From NCBI GenBank assembly GCA_963824495.1, contig CAWGPQ010000006.1, positions 1 through 64,000 on the forward strand: DNA of 64,000 nt, read 5' to 3'. This document shows positions 11,691 to 21,914 of the stretch, one piece after another; the stretch's first letter is position 1; each line of letters opens with the position of its first letter. Both the position numbers and the translations under genes were made by a program. The notes beneath the pieces were generated by a model. That model did not search any database and had not been told where the DNA came from. It saw only the letters and a program-made list of their open reading frames with translations. Source of the stretch: an uncultured bacterium. GTDB taxonomy: Bacteria > Babelota > Babeliae > Babelales > Babelaceae.

Positions 11691-12625
11691 AGAAGCTATG
11701 TTTTTTTGTAAATTTAGTATATGTGCTCAATACACTACCGCATACCAACGATCTGCCCGAAGCTCATAGGAATTATTTACGACCATGGGTAAACTTTGAA
11801 AAATCAATGTACCACTATTTTACCACGCAAGATCAAAAGACTCCTTATTCCTCACAAGTCACTCCTGAATGGCACATCGTTAAAATGCTCTATGAGCGTA
11901 ATAACCTTGGCACTATACAGCCCTCACCACAACCGAAAATTCCTAAAATCATTCACCAAATCTGGCTTGGTAGTCCATTGCCTAAACAATACAAAAAATA
12001 TCAAAAAAGCTGGCGACATCACCATCCTGATTGGGAATATAAGCTTTGGACCGATGCCGATGTAGAGGCCTTCCAACTCCACAATAAAAAACTCTTTGAT
12101 GAAGCAAAAAATTATGGTGAAAAATCAGACATCTTTCGTTATGAAATTTTGCACCGCTATGGCGGAGTCTATATAGATACTGATATTGAGTGTCTTAAGC
12201 CTTTTGATATTTTTCATCATTGCTACGATTTTTATGTTGGAACAACCAATCCTGGAACGCTAGAAATAAATAATGCACTTATTGGCTGTGCGCCTGGACA
12301 TCCCATCATACAGCTTTGCATCGACTCACTCGGACAAGAAGATGACGCTAATAAATATAGTAATAACTATATTGTCAGCACATTTCAGCGAACTGGGCCT
12401 GCTTATTTTACAAACTGCTTTATGCAGCTAGCGGTGCAATGTGGTGGTACCGTTATAGCTTTCCCTGTGACATTCTTTTATCCCGTACCTAATCTTCTTG
12501 AAGGCTTAACAACTTTGCACAGTGTTAAAAAATGGATTAGACCTGAAACATGGTGTGTACATTATTCAGCACGAAGTTGGCAGAAGAAAGCAAAAAAATT
12601 ACGATCACATCGCGGAAACTCATGA
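11687..12625 (+). CDS. GT32-like DXD glycosyltransferase
   Basis: IPKIIHQIWLG, RYEILHRYGGVYIDTD; ATGA overlap with upstream gene. Confidence 0.85.
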   Translation: MKKLCFFVNLVYVLNTLPHTNDLPEAHRNYLRPWVNFEKSMYHYFTTQDQKTPYSSQVTPEWHIVKMLYERNNLGTIQPSPQPKIPKIIHQIWLGSPLPKQYKKYQKSWRHHHPDWEYKLWTDADVEAFQLHNKKLFDEAKNYGEKSDIFRYEILHRYGGVYIDTDIECLKPFDIFHHCYDFYVGTTNPGTLEINNALIGCAPGHPIIQLCIDSLGQEDDANKYSNNYIVSTFQRTGPAYFTNCFMQLAVQCGGTVIAFPVTFFYPVPNLLEGLTTLHSVKKWIRPETWCVHYSARSWQKKAKKLRSHRGNS

Positions 12626-13575
12626 TACACCTACAGCATACCACAATACGCACTCCATTAGTATGCGCATACCTCGGACTCACACTTGTATACTGTTGTG
12701 TAAGCGCACGCGACCATACCACCAGGAACACTGCTATGGTTGACGTTGTTGACTTTGATGTTTCAATGAGTAATCATATAACTCCCGGTGCATTGGCAAG
12801 AAACCCTTACAAACCTGAAGATTTTTCTCAATGGGAAATACTCAAAAGACTTTATATTACTTACAATCCTAACAATGTTAAGCCATCATCAGAGTTACGT
12901 ATACCCAAAATTATTCACCAAATATGGCTTGGTAGCCACTTTCCTAAACACTATGAAAGATACCAAAAAAGCTGGCTTACTTATCATCCCGGCTGGCTTT
13001 ATAAACTTTGGACTGACGCAGATGTTAAAAACTTTACCTGGTCCAACCAAAACAGCAAAAAGCTCTTTGACGATGCCCAAAATTACGGCGAAAAATCTGA
13101 TATTTTACGCTATGAGCTTCTCTATCGTTATGGCGGGCTCTACGTCGATGTTGATTTTGAGTGTCTCAAGCCTCTTGATGACTTACATTACTGCTACGAT
13201 GTATATGTTGGTATTGAGCAAGCTCAGCGATTAGAAATTAATAACGCGCTTATTGGCGCAGCACCTGAACATCCATTTCTTAAATTTTGCATCGAATCGT
13301 TACGAGATCAAGGATCAAAGCGAGACTTCATGGCAATCATGCAACGCTCTGGTCCTGTATTCTTTACCAAGTGCTTTATGCATTGTATCGCATTATACGA
13401 GGATAGCATGTTTGCCTTCCCTGTAAGCTACTTTTACCCCATACCTATAAAAACAGGAGCATATCATACGCTTAATCAGGTGGCTAACTACATACAACCT
13501 GAAACGTATGCAGTTCATTACTGGAATTCAAGCTGGACATTACCAAGTGGCTTTGTAAAAGGATCGAAGAAGTAA
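12622..13575 (+). CDS. GT32-like DXD glycosyltransferase
   Basis: IPKIIHQIWLG, RYELLYRYGGLYVDVD; ATG at 12622 overlaps the previous stop. Confidence 0.85.
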   Translation: MIHLQHTTIRTPLVCAYLGLTLVYCCVSARDHTTRNTAMVDVVDFDVSMSNHITPGALARNPYKPEDFSQWEILKRLYITYNPNNVKPSSELRIPKIIHQIWLGSHFPKHYERYQKSWLTYHPGWLYKLWTDADVKNFTWSNQNSKKLFDDAQNYGEKSDILRYELLYRYGGLYVDVDFECLKPLDDLHYCYDVYVGIEQAQRLEINNALIGAAPEHPFLKFCIESLRDQGSKRDFMAIMQRSGPVFFTKCFMHCIALYEDSMFAFPVSYFYPIPIKTGAYHTLNQVANYIQPETYAVHYWNSSWTLPSGFVKGSKK

Positions 13576-13578
13576 TTT

Positions 13579-14424
13579 ATGCTCTGTGTCACCCTTATCT
13601 TTTGTATGCTCGGCTTAATCCAGCCTATACTGCTCTGTGCCGATTTTAATACTTCAGACTTTGAATCTCTTAAAGACAACTATAACTATATCTATAAGCA
13701 CAATAGTTCTAGTTCTTTACAAGTGCGCATACCCAAGATTATTCACCAAATATGGCTTGGCAGTCCCTTGCCGAAACGTTTTAAAAAGTATCAAAAAAGC
13801 TGGCTTATACATCACCCTGGCTGGCGCTATAAACTCTGGACTGATGCTGATATTAAAAACTTTACCTGGTCCAACCAAAAGAGTAAAAAGCTCTTTGACG
13901 ATGCCCAAAATTACGGCGAAAAATCCGATATTTTACGCTATGAGCTTCTCTATCGTTATGGTGGGCTCTATATCGATGTCGATTTCGAATGCCTCAAGCC
14001 TTTTGACAATCTACATTGTTGCTATGATTTCTATACAGGCATATCTAACACAGCATCACTCGAGCTTAATAACGCGCTTATAGGCTCTGCTGCCGGTCAC
14101 CCTATTATGAAACGTTGTATAGAAGATCTTGAAGATACAGGCTCAAAAACCGACCTTATGGCTATTATTGAGCGTACTGGTCCCTTATACTTTACACGCT
14201 GCTTTCTTAATTATGCCCAAGAAGCAGATAAAAAAATGCACGAAAAAATAATAGCTTTTCCGCAGAGCTTCTTTTACCCAATACCTAATACTATTTCTAA
14301 AATATGCACGCATGATGAGCTCGAGCATTGGCGCCAACCGGAAAGCTATGCAGCTCACTATTGGGCATGCAGTTGGCAAAAACCTTCCGCTTTTATATCA
14401 AAAAAAAGGAATATCTTATCATGA
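13579..14424 (+). CDS. GT32-like DXD glycosyltransferase
   Basis: IPKIIHQIWLG, RYELLYRYGGLYIDVD, HYWACSW. Confidence 0.85.
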   Translation: MLCVTLIFCMLGLIQPILLCADFNTSDFESLKDNYNYIYKHNSSSSLQVRIPKIIHQIWLGSPLPKRFKKYQKSWLIHHPGWRYKLWTDADIKNFTWSNQKSKKLFDDAQNYGEKSDILRYELLYRYGGLYIDVDFECLKPFDNLHCCYDFYTGISNTASLELNNALIGSAAGHPIMKRCIEDLEDTGSKTDLMAIIERTGPLYFTRCFLNYAQEADKKMHEKIIAFPQSFFYPIPNTISKICTHDELEHWRQPESYAAHYWACSWQKPSAFISKKRNILS

Positions 14425-15308
14425 AGAATTATGGACCTTTTATCACACTCTGTTGTATGGTACTTTTAGCGTATACCCATGAAATTGCACAGGCTAGGCC
14501 ACGAGTAAGCATTATAACATCGGTTAAATTTGGCGGTGACTTTATCAAGGGATTCATGGAAGATATTACACGTCAGACTATCTTTGATGACTGTGAACTT
14601 ATTATGATTAATGCTGATTCCCCTGATAATGAAGAAGATACTATTAAAGAGTATGTGAAACGCTATCCCAATATTATTTACAAAAAACTTTCCTATGATC
14701 CCGGCCTGTATGGCGTTTGGAATTTAGCAATCAGCATGTCAAAAGCAAACTTTATTACGAACGCCAATCTTGACGATAGGCTTGCCCCCCATTCACTTGA
14801 ATATCGAGCTCGAGAACTTGAGAATAATCCACAAGCTGATCTGGTCTATTCAAATGCATACGTTACCTACAAACCGAATGCAACATTTGAAGATCCTGCC
14901 GTCGCATGGGTATGGGTAAAGGAAGAATTTTCCCGATCAGCAATGTTCCATTGCCTACCAGGAAGCTATCCTATGTGGCGCACATCATTACATACAAAAG
15001 CTGGCCTCTTTAATGCAGCATTTAAGCATTCTGGTGATTATGAAATGTGGTTACGAGCTGTAAGCAAGGGATGTGTATTTAAAAAATTGCCAGAGGTTAC
15101 TGGTCTTTATTACTTTAACCCCAAGGGTTTATCAACTAATCCAGCATATAAGAAAGCAGAAGTTGAAACTGCTCTTCTACGACAAAAATACAGTTATTTC
15201 TGGGAACCGCCAAAGAAACAGTCCCCTAAAAAGCCATCCAAGCAAAAGCCTATTAAGCAGAGCAATAATCACCCTATAAGTTTACGCTTTTCTGCTAAGA
15301 AGACGTGA
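14421..15308 (+). CDS. Glycosyltransferase family 2
   Basis: PRVSIITS, INADSPD, DPGLYGVWN, TNANLDD, GDYEMWLR; ATG at 14421 overlaps the previous stop. Confidence 0.85.
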   Translation: MKNYGPFITLCCMVLLAYTHEIAQARPRVSIITSVKFGGDFIKGFMEDITRQTIFDDCELIMINADSPDNEEDTIKEYVKRYPNIIYKKLSYDPGLYGVWNLAISMSKANFITNANLDDRLAPHSLEYRARELENNPQADLVYSNAYVTYKPNATFEDPAVAWVWVKEEFSRSAMFHCLPGSYPMWRTSLHTKAGLFNAAFKHSGDYEMWLRAVSKGCVFKKLPEVTGLYYFNPKGLSTNPAYKKAEVETALLRQKYSYFWEPPKKQSPKKPSKQKPIKQSNNHPISLRFSAKKT

Positions 15309-16253
15309 ACCCCAATCAATATCCCAAATATCTAAATCAGCAAAATGCTTTCGCCCGTACTGGTTAAACCATGAAAGTATCTGCTTTTCCCGCCAGCGCT
15401 CTGCACTGGCAAAGACTTTTGGTGCAAAAAATGTATAACCTTCAAACCAAGCTCGAGGGGCAGGCTCAAGATGAATATCCCGTTCATCCTTGCTAGGGGC
15501 ATATCTTTTGTTAATTGCACGAGCTGATTTTTTTGGATCACGTATGCGTTCTAGGCAACGATACCATGCTTGTTTAACCAATAGATTGCGCCAATTAACA
15601 AACTGAAAGTGTATAAGACCATGCGTATATCCCTCAATAACGTGTCGTTTGCCATTAAGAAAATTTGGTACACGTGACGTATGAATAAAACCAGAATCAT
15701 AGCGTGCTTTTGTATCATCACAAAAGATAATATCTTTGTAATTCCACGTCCAAACAGACCCATCAAATCGATAATAATCAATGCTGCGCCATAAATGAAT
15801 CCAATTAACCATCAGAATATCACCTGGCTTTAGGCTCAGGATACGTTTTCTTAAGAACTGCTGATCGAGGCAATTAGAGGTAAACATCTCATCAGCATCA
15901 ATAACGATAAAATGAGTTCCTCCAAGCTTACGCCCTGCTTGCAATAAAGCGTTTCTATCGCCCGGTTCGTCACGATACCAATGAGACTTAGTGATAACAT
16001 GCTTTACTTTACAGTCTTTAGCACATCTCTTAACAATCTTCACCGTATTATCAGTTGATGCATCATCCAAAACAACGATAGCGTCAGCATACAAAGCGAG
16101 AGCTTTTAAACTCTGCTCAATAATTGGTGCTTCGTTTCTCACCGGCATAAGGCCAATAATTTTGGCAGCCGACGCTTTTACTCGAGTAAAAGCTTGAACA
16201 TTCATAGCACCCATCCAACAAGACAAGAAAAAAATTAAGAATATATGCCCCAT
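15282..16253 (-). CDS. Glycosyltransferase family 2
   Basis: PVRNEA, VLDDASTDNT, VIDADE; ATG at 16253 preceded by AAGGAG. Confidence 0.85.
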   Translation of the reverse strand: MGHIFLIFFLSCWMGAMNVQAFTRVKASAAKIIGLMPVRNEAPIIEQSLKALALYADAIVVLDDASTDNTVKIVKRCAKDCKVKHVITKSHWYRDEPGDRNALLQAGRKLGGTHFIVIDADEMFTSNCLDQQFLRKRILSLKPGDILMVNWIHLWRSIDYYRFDGSVWTWNYKDIIFCDDTKARYDSGFIHTSRVPNFLNGKRHVIEGYTHGLIHFQFVNWRNLLVKQAWYRCLERIRDPKKSARAINKRYAPSKDERDIHLEPAPRAWFEGYTFFAPKVFASAERWREKQILSWFNQYGRKHFADLDIWDIDWGSRLLSRKA

Positions 16254-16403
16254 AACTTTAGCTCCTTTCTTTATCACATGATTATGTTAAAAAGATAAAA
16301 TATCCTTTAGCACATCGTCAACCTATCAACCTAAGAATTTGACACTTCAGTGTGATTTGTGGTTTTCTAAAAAAAATTATCTAATAAGAAGAGGAAAAAA
16401 GAT

Positions 16404-17348
16404 ATGGAGCACATACAAAAGATTACGTCAGGCATTCAGCGTTATGTCATACTGTTGTTTATAGTACTTGAGTTGTTTAGTGTTACACATGTACGGGCAG
16501 CTTGGGTCGACTTTGATCAAGCGATGGGAAAACATCTTAAGATTAACCCAATGGTCCCTCTGGACGAATATCAAAGAAGAAAGCAATTTTATAAAGCACT
16601 TTATAATAAAAATAATTTAGCAAAAGTTAAACCTCAAAACAACCCCAAAATACCCAAAATCATTCATCAAATCTGGCTTGGAAGTCCTTTTCCTGAAAAA
16701 TTTAAGCCACTGCAAGAAACCTGGATTACAAAACATCCAAGTTGGAAGTATATTTTATGGACTGACGAATCGGCCAAGCAACTTAAGCTGTGGCACAAAA
16801 CATGGTTTAAAAAAATTAAGAATCTAGGATTTAAGGCTGACCTATTACGCTGCGAAATACTTTACCAGTATGGCGGACTCTATATTGATGTTGACTTTGA
16901 ATGCGTAAAGTCATTTGACCTATTACATCATTGCTACGATTTTTATGCTGGTTTGCCTCGTAATCAAACTGATATGGATATCGCTAATGGTTTAATTGGT
17001 TCTAGAGCAGGACATCCTATTTTAAAAAATTACTTAAAGACTGTTGGCGTGCATCTTGAAAAATACTTTAAGACTCATTCTCGGCAAACAAATGATCTTA
17101 TGAACGTTGTTGGATCCCCTGCCTTATCCAATTCTGTACGAAAAGTAACTAAACTTAACGATCCAACAAGTATCACCGTCATTTTTCCCGTGAGTTTCTT
17201 TTACCCGTGGTTTCATATGTATGGTATTGAAGCCAAGCATTGGCAAGGAGCACTTGGTATACACAAGCGCAAAGATATTTATCGTATCCTTAAACCTGAA
17301 TCGTTTGCACTTCATTACTGGGGAGGGACCTGGGAAAACAGCTGGTAA
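16404..17348 (+). CDS. GT32-like DXD glycosyltransferase
   Basis: IPKIIHQIWLG, ADLLRCEILYQYGGLYIDVD, HYWGGTW. Confidence 0.85.
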   Translation: MEHIQKITSGIQRYVILLFIVLELFSVTHVRAAWVDFDQAMGKHLKINPMVPLDEYQRRKQFYKALYNKNNLAKVKPQNNPKIPKIIHQIWLGSPFPEKFKPLQETWITKHPSWKYILWTDESAKQLKLWHKTWFKKIKNLGFKADLLRCEILYQYGGLYIDVDFECVKSFDLLHHCYDFYAGLPRNQTDMDIANGLIGSRAGHPILKNYLKTVGVHLEKYFKTHSRQTNDLMNVVGSPALSNSVRKVTKLNDPTSITVIFPVSFFYPWFHMYGIEAKHWQGALGIHKRKDIYRILKPESFALHYWGGTWENSW

Positions 17349-17407
17349 TCCTGGATCTCCCGTAAATTGGAAAAAGTTCCTTAGTTCGCCACAAGAGGAA
17401 AATTACG

Positions 17408-18781
17408 ATGATAGTAACGATTAATACACCAAACATATCCATAACAAGCATATTACTCTTACTAGTCTTTTCTATAGCATATACACTTCAGCCAATCCCT
17501 CCTCTACCTCAACCTTTTGATAACACACTAAGACGTTCCGATACTCCTGCCATCATTACTTATAAAGCTATTGATTTGGTCAATAAATTTAGATTGGATA
17601 TAATGGCTAAGTACATTTATGCAAAGCATAGAGAAATGAACGTAAAAAGTGATTGGGGTCTGCGAGTATACAGCGAGCATCTTCATGTTTGGAATAATTA
17701 CTACGAAGCAAGTAATCCTGCCAAGAACAGCCTTAGTGCATATCTTAGAGCATTTCACAAAACACTTGATTCAGTAAAAGCCCAGGGATTTTCAGCAACT
17801 ACATCACTTGTTCCATTAGGCCTGCGATCTATCGATGATGGTGCGCATAGAGTAACTGCGTGCTTACTCTATAACAAAGATGTACTTTGCAAGCAAACTG
17901 ATAATCCAGGACACGATGCTTCATCACACTTTTTTAGAAATAAGCGAGATTACGTTCCAACCGGTCTTGCTGAAAAATATCTTGACGCAATGGCATTAAC
18001 CTATTGTGAACTCAAGGAAAATACTGCTATCGTTGTAATTTTCCCTCGGGCTATTAAAGACAATCAACGAATTAAAAAAATACTCCAAAACTATATGCAT
18101 AGCATATATGAAAAAGAGATTACGCTGAAAGCTTCAGGTCCCCGTAATTTTATTAGGAACTATCTGGAAGCCTCCAGCAAAGTAAACCAATGCTTTACTC
18201 AGAACCGTACTCATTCGTGGACTATTCATGTATTTCTTGTTGAAATACTTAACCAATCACTTATGCAGAAAGCCAAACAAGAAATTAATGACGCTCTCGG
18301 TATTTCGCAAGCAGTGCATGTAACAGATGGTCATGATGACACTCTAAAATTAGCACGGGCTGTTTTTAACCAAAATAGTATACATTTTCTTAATAATGCC
18401 AACTCTAAAGATTTTAAAAACTTCAATGATTTTTTTACTATTTATAAAAACTGGCTTGATAGAAACTCTTTTGATAAAGAGTGCTTTTGCATAACTGGTG
18501 ATGCTGTACTGGCAGCATATGGTATACGTGACTGTCAACAACTTGGTTTTATACATCACGGTTACAATAACCAATGCTCGATCGAAATAAGCTCAATAAC
18601 TGACAACAATAGCGATGCTTATTATCGTACAATGAGTAAAGACAACATACTATTTAACCCAGAAAATTATTTTTATTATCGTGATATAAAATGTGCTGCT
18701 TTGCATGTCGTTAGAAACATGAAAGCCCGACAGACCAACTTCCGATATTTTCAACCTTATGGAGACCCTCAAGAGGGATAA
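17408..18781 (+). CDS. Hypothetical protein of the polysaccharide locus (ParB/Srx-like N-domain, degenerate nucleotidyltransferase-like C-domain)
   Basis: DDGAHR motif resembles ParB/Srx DGxHR; CITGDAVLAAYGIRDC resembles the NTase GSxxL.xxG.R motif. Confidence 0.5.
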   Translation: MIVTINTPNISITSILLLLVFSIAYTLQPIPPLPQPFDNTLRRSDTPAIITYKAIDLVNKFRLDIMAKYIYAKHREMNVKSDWGLRVYSEHLHVWNNYYEASNPAKNSLSAYLRAFHKTLDSVKAQGFSATTSLVPLGLRSIDDGAHRVTACLLYNKDVLCKQTDNPGHDASSHFFRNKRDYVPTGLAEKYLDAMALTYCELKENTAIVVIFPRAIKDNQRIKKILQNYMHSIYEKEITLKASGPRNFIRNYLEASSKVNQCFTQNRTHSWTIHVFLVEILNQSLMQKAKQEINDALGISQAVHVTDGHDDTLKLARAVFNQNSIHFLNNANSKDFKNFNDFFTIYKNWLDRNSFDKECFCITGDAVLAAYGIRDCQQLGFIHHGYNNQCSIEISSITDNNSDAYYRTMSKDNILFNPENYFYYRDIKCAALHVVRNMKARQTNFRYFQPYGDPQEG

Positions 18782-18855
18782 GATAGCGTACCATACACGA
18801 CCGTGAGCTTAAGCCTCACCTGACCTGCAAAACTAACACAAAATACAAATCAACT

Positions 18856-20172
18856 ATGGGTATTACAAAGCCTGCTTGTGCTCGATATTTTCACATACAT
18901 GATAGCGTAAAAAAATTTGCTATTTACTGCTTGAGCTCAGCAGTACTCAAAAGCACGTCTGTTATGTTACTGCCTCTCACGCTCCACACATTAAACCCTC
19001 AAGATATGGGTATTCTTTCGCTTGCCAATAGCTTTATAAGTATTGTCTCAGTACTTATGGGATGTGGTTTACGCCAGGTATTCTGGCTCGATTTTTTTCA
19101 CCTCAATCAGCACAATCGTAATGAGCTGCTTGTCGATATTATAGCAGTTTATTGCGTACTCAGTCTTACAAGCATGCTCCTATTAATACTCAACATAAGT
19201 TTTATTAATAGCTATATTTTTTTACTAAGTGCTTCACCTTTACTTATCATGCTCATTCTTACAATCTGCTTTTTCAGTTTTTTTGCTGAATTATTATATC
19301 AAGTGCTTATATATCAGGGGCAAGCATGGGCGCTATCACTTGTTCAGCTTGCTGCCACTCTTATTTCAACAAGTACTATCCTTATAAGTCTACGCTATTT
19401 CGCTGGAGGTGTGATGCTCATTCTTATGGCAAACTTGCTCGGTACGCTTTTCGTGTCGATCATTGCTCTTGGGCTATTTCTCAAAACATCACTTATTAGC
19501 TATTATAGCATTGGTCGATTACGCACAAGTTTTTTTTCATATATCAAGCGTGGACTGCCCTTTATACCCTCGGTATTGAGCGGATGGATACTAGCATCAA
19601 GTAACCGATGGATGCTTGCTCATTATACTTCGCTCGCTGATGTTGGTGTCTATTCTCTTACAGAAATGCTCACAAGCATTTTTCAGGTTTGTATTCTTTA
19701 CCCAATCAGCGGAGCATATTTACCCTCCCTCATGCAAGCTTTTGCTCAACACCCCAATAATATACATAACATCGACGCCTATAACAAAAAAATTATGGCT
19801 ACAAGCATGCTTGGCTTGAGCACAGGTGCCTGCTTGGGCTTTGTTGTAGGAAAAAGCTTACTATACCACTTTTTACCAAAAGCTTATTATCAAGCAATAC
19901 CCTATCTTCTTATTACTGCGCTGGGCAATATATTTCTTATGGGTACGTATTTTAGCTCATGTAGTATTCAATTCTATAAAAGAACTACTTTTTTAGCTGG
20001 ATCGTTAACATCCTCTGCAATGCTTACCCTTACACTGAGCGCTCTGCTTATCCCCCGGTACGGCTTGGGGGGTTCAGTAATTTCGCTTACATCGGCCTAT
20101 ACAGGTTATTTTTTTATAACGCTTGCATATAACCAATGGCTCCACATAGAAAATAAAAATTACTATATATAA
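18856..20172 (+). CDS. Wzx-like oligosaccharide flippase (MOP superfamily)
   Basis: About 12 hydrophobic segments; LLPLTLHTLNPQDMG, SSNRWMLAHY..LADVGVYS, LIPRYGLGG. Confidence 0.8.
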   Translation: MGITKPACARYFHIHDSVKKFAIYCLSSAVLKSTSVMLLPLTLHTLNPQDMGILSLANSFISIVSVLMGCGLRQVFWLDFFHLNQHNRNELLVDIIAVYCVLSLTSMLLLILNISFINSYIFLLSASPLLIMLILTICFFSFFAELLYQVLIYQGQAWALSLVQLAATLISTSTILISLRYFAGGVMLILMANLLGTLFVSIIALGLFLKTSLISYYSIGRLRTSFFSYIKRGLPFIPSVLSGWILASSNRWMLAHYTSLADVGVYSLTEMLTSIFQVCILYPISGAYLPSLMQAFAQHPNNIHNIDAYNKKIMATSMLGLSTGACLGFVVGKSLLYHFLPKAYYQAIPYLLITALGNIFLMGTYFSSCSIQFYKRTTFLAGSLTSSAMLTLTLSALLIPRYGLGGSVISLTSAYTGYFFITLAYNQWLHIENKNYYI

Positions 20173-20255
20173 GTAGTATTGCAATTATATATTTACAAAT
20201 AGTAAACTAATAATAGAGCAAAATAAACTCAAAAAGTAACATTAAAGGAGATAGC

Positions 20256-20894
20256 ATGAAAAATATACGTATTGCCTTAGGCATCGCAATTCTTACAAGT
20301 TTTAGTCAGTATTGTAGCGCTTATACCTGGAATGTAATAAATCTGACTGGTCAATCTGCAAACATTAAAATTAAGCCTGCATGTGTGGGAGAGGGTCCTT
20401 GGTCAAACGTGCCACCTTCGCCCGACTTGAAGCATCCTGTGAGAGTTCCCTTAAAGGCTCAGGAGGGTTGCTGTATTGCTGGTGTACAAGTAGATGGAAA
20501 AGATGTTGATCTTAGGGCAATAACGAATGATCAATTGGCTAAGCTTATGTATATCTCTCCACTCCTGGGCATTGGAGGCGCTACTGCCGGTGCCACTGCT
20601 GAGATTGTAGCTGGCTTTACGGCTGGAGCTGGTGTAGCAAGTGCAGCTGCCCCTATTGTAGCTGCAGTTCCTCCTATCGCAATAGGAGCAGCCCTAGCCG
20701 TAGTGGGAGCGGGAGCAGCAATTGGCATAACTGAAGCCATCGATAGATGCAAGAGCCGTGATCTTGTTGTAGGAACCGATGGTGCCTATCTGGTAATAGA
20801 ATCAGCTGAGGCAGTGGCTCACAAGGCAGTAAGCGAAACTCGTGAGTTTTTTGGGAAAATGAGAGGAAAGGTTCAAAGCCTTTTTCATGAATAA
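20256..20894 (+). CDS. Secreted hypothetical protein, tandem family member 1
   Basis: AAGGAG RBS; signal peptide ending CSA; YTWNVINLTG...CCIAGVQV...Gly/Ala-rich hydrophobic core...GITEAIDRCKSRDL. Confidence 0.8.
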   Translation: MKNIRIALGIAILTSFSQYCSAYTWNVINLTGQSANIKIKPACVGEGPWSNVPPSPDLKHPVRVPLKAQEGCCIAGVQVDGKDVDLRAITNDQLAKLMYISPLLGIGGATAGATAEIVAGFTAGAGVASAAAPIVAAVPPIAIGAALAVVGAGAAIGITEAIDRCKSRDLVVGTDGAYLVIESAEAVAHKAVSETREFFGKMRGKVQSLFHE

Positions 20895-21351
20895 ACTAGA
20901 GTTCCCGCTCAGACCTATGACGAGATATTAAAGAAACGTGGAATTCACTGGCAATAGAGGCACTTCTAGCTGCCGCAGGCATAGGTACAGCATTTGGCAT
21001 AACAGAGGCCATTGATAGGTGCAAAAGCCGTGATCTTATTATAGCAAGTGACGGTTGCCTATCTTGCGGTAGAAAAGAAACAAGAACAGGACCAAGGAAC
21101 TGAATAATTACGATTAGATAAATCTTAAAAAAATAATATTTTACTATTATTTAGCTAAATTAAAACTTATTATTGCAGTTCAGCATAAATATTTGTTATT
21201 GTAGTATTAAGTAAATCAAAATAAAAGAAGGAAAGTAAAATGAAAAATACACGTATTGCTTTAGGTATCATAATTCTCACAGGTTTTAGTCAGTATTGTA
21301 GCGCTTATACTTGGAATGTAATAAATCTGACTGGTCACCCTGCAACTATTA
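20715..21351 (+). repeat. 637-bp direct repeat, copy 1
   Basis: Identical by eye to 21735-22371 (offset 1020); spans the gene 1 3' end, the intergenic region and the gene 2 5' end. Confidence 0.9.
20960..21107 (+). pseudogene. Start-less C-terminal fragment of the tandem family (copy 1)
   Basis: Reads ALLAAAGIGTAFGITEAIDRCKSRDLIIASDG, then a +1 frameshift, then AYLAVEKKQEQDQGTE*. Confidence 0.8.
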
Positions 21352-21914
21352 CGATTAAGCTTGTAGGATGCAAGGGCGACGGCATTTCGCAGCAAGTTCC
21401 ACCCGCTGATTTGAAACATCCTAGTGGGAAAGCCTTTACCCCAACCAAAGAATACCAGCAAGTTTGCTGCATTGCTGGCGTACAAGTTAATGGACACGAT
21501 ATACCCTTTAAAGCACTAACGGACGAGCAGTTCGAAAAGCTAAAAACCGTCACGTTACCCGCAGGTTTGCTTGGTGGTGCAGCAGTTGGTGGTCCTGCTA
21601 TTATCAGCGGTCTTTCTGTGCTTACCGGTGCGACTGCTGCGGCTGCAGTTGGACTTTCGGGTATTGAAACTGCAACTACGTTTGTAGCACCACCGGTTGC
21701 GATAGCAGGGGCTCTTGTCCTGGCAGGCGCAGGGGCAGCAATTGGCATAACTGAAGCCATCGATAGATGCAAGAGCCGTGATCTTGTTGTAGGAACCGAT
21801 GGTGCCTATCTGGTAATAGAATCAGCTGAGGCAGTGGCTCACAAGGCAGTAAGCGAAACTCGTGAGTTTTTTGGGAAAATGAGAGGAAAGGTTCAAAGCC
21901 TTTTTCATGAATAA
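21240..21914 (+). CDS. Secreted hypothetical protein, tandem family member 2
   Basis: Same conserved blocks; 5' end identical to member 3, 3' end identical to member 1. Confidence 0.8.
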   Translation: MKNTRIALGIIILTGFSQYCSAYTWNVINLTGHPATITIKLVGCKGDGISQQVPPADLKHPSGKAFTPTKEYQQVCCIAGVQVNGHDIPFKALTDEQFEKLKTVTLPAGLLGGAAVGGPAIISGLSVLTGATAAAAVGLSGIETATTFVAPPVAIAGALVLAGAGAAIGITEAIDRCKSRDLVVGTDGAYLVIESAEAVAHKAVSETREFFGKMRGKVQSLFHE

